Source: Octopus bimaculoides (Eukaryota). Taken from it: 64,000 nucleotides of DNA. Position numbers and translations under genes: made by a program. Under the pieces are notes generated by a model. That model saw only the letters and a program-made list of their open reading frames with translations. It had not been told where the DNA came from and did no database searches. How positions within the stretch are numbered: the stretch's first letter is position 1; each line of letters opens with the position of its first letter. Positions 62,452-64,000 of this stretch are shown here, piece after piece. The stretch lies in assembly GCF_001194135.2 (NCBI RefSeq), contig NC_068999.1:32829910-32893909 (forward strand), read 5' to 3'.

Positions 62452-63393
62452 TATTATTATTATTGGCAATGATATTGCATATTAACTAAGCAGTTCTGTA
62501 TGTGGAAATCAGTTTATTAATTTTAACATTATTTCTGTTCTAAGAACTGATATAATCTTATAATTATTTCCATAATTGGTAGTACTCTCAATATTAATGG
62601 TACTTATCAAGTATACTTGTAGTTATATCACCCCAATATTATTCTACTGCAACACTTAAATATGTTTATTTAATTAATGGTAAATTTTGTTAATGTAGAT
62701 TATCAGGTATCTAGTTAGAAATATTGATGTAATTTGTTAATATTCTCTTCTTGCTATCTCATTAGTCTTTTTTAATTAAATATTATGATTGTTTACATTA
62801 ACTATGTTCACTCCTTGACTGCTGATTTATGAAGCAGATGCATCTCTGAGTAGTTATTCACTCCTACACAAGTTATGATTACCTACTTGGTAATTTCCCT
62901 CATAGTTTCAGTAAGAACAGTGAAACAGAGGAGGTTTAAGAAGATTGAAGCATATCTAGAGTTGTCTCCCATATTTGCTAAACAGTTAAATATTAGATAT
63001 TGAATCAAAAAATTCATTTCTTCTGTCTGTAATCAGTATTTATAATTAGAAAATTGATGCTCAGCATTAAATATGTTCACCCCCAACTTAACTCTGGATT
63101 TTCATACTGATGGCACCTCTGAGTAATTTATCTCAGTAATCCGTAATTATAATATGTTTGACATTTTCGTATTATATTACTAATAATTAACATGATAAAC
63201 TGTTTCAATTAAATTTCAATGTAACCAATCTTTTATGATGGAATCTAGTAAAATGTATTTAAAACTTTATATACTGGGGTGTATCATATAGTTTAGTGGT
63301 GGTGGTGGTGTGTGTGTGTATGTGTGCGCGCATGTGTATTGACCAACTGGTGTGTTTGTGTGTGTGTGTGTATATATATATGTATATATATAT

Positions 63394-63504
63394 AAAATAT
63401 GGAAAGCTGGTTTATGGGATTACCTTAGGTTTCCCATCCATAAAGGGTTTAGCTTTATGGATGGGAAACCTAAGGTAATCCCGTAAACTGGCCTTCCCCA
63501 TTTT
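63394..63504. other. Near-perfect 52-bp inverted repeat with a 7-nt loop
   Basis: 63394-63445 pairs with 63453-63504: 46 Watson-Crick pairs, 3 G-U and 3 mismatches as + strand RNA. Confidence 0.9.
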
Positions 63505-63571
63505 CAATATATACTGCTCTACATCTTAGAGTGTGCTTCTTCTTTCGGATTTATGTTTTTCACAAACTATA

Positions 63572-63607
<36 letters not shown>

Positions 63608-63608
<1 letters not shown>

Positions 63609-63775
63609 GTCATCATCATCGTCTAACGTCCGTTGTCCATGCTGGCTTGGCTTGAACGGTTTGACTGCCAGTTGCATGACACTGGGATGTGTTTACGTGC
63701 CACTGGCATGGGCGCCAATTTGCGTGACACCAGTATCTAACATGACTGCAATTTTGCTCAGCTTGATAGATCATG
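63608..63775 (-). mobile_element. RTE 3'UTR/(GAT)n tail fragment
   Basis: catcatcatcgtctaacgtccgttgtccatgctggc...gtgacaccagtatct..ctcagcttgat, as at 6537-6760. Confidence 0.7.
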
Positions 63776-64000
63776 ATGTTGGCGTTGATTAAGTGGTGTA
63801 TATATTAGTATTGACCAAATAGTGTTTTATGCTATTGTGGACCAGCTATTGAATACATTATGTTGCTGTTGACCAGCTGGTAAATGTTATGCTGGTATTG
63901 ACCAAGCAGTATATATATATTATGTTGATGTTGACCAAGTAGTGTATATATTATATTCATATTGACTAACTAGTATATATATCTTATTTATTTTGAGCAA

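Overview
Eukaryotic, AT-rich, microsatellite- and transposon-saturated DNA. The repeat landscape resembles octopus/coleoid cephalopod genomes; this is inferred from recalled SINE and RTE families, not from a database search. The window appears to lie inside a discs-large (dlg1-type MAGUK) gene on the + strand. Three GT-AG exons (17684-17808, 25276-25378, 56291-56357; 295 nt) splice in frame to [98 protein letters not shown](G), i.e. most of PDZ1 plus the start of PDZ2. The rest is intron: decayed Tc1 and mariner transposons, piggyBac-, hAT- and TA-type MITEs, fragments of CR1/L2, RTE, L1/Tx1-like, I-like and R4/Dong LINEs, three tRNA-headed SINE families (here called A, B, C), minisatellites and short N gaps. 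Apart from those covering these exons or transposon remnants, most ORFs in the supplied track are microsatellite artefacts. The most interesting unexplained structure is at the RNA-structure and retroelement level: a minimal type-I hammerhead-like motif with a non-canonical core (35038-35075, - strand); several long intronic hairpins, including a ~300-nt palindrome built by fold-back duplication within a SINE; and an (ATT/TAA)n landing-pad arrangement in which SINE-C copies stack head-to-tail, bracket a 67-nt exon, and host an R4/Dong LINE. No prokaryotic systems, CRISPR arrays, rRNA or genuine tRNA genes are supported.
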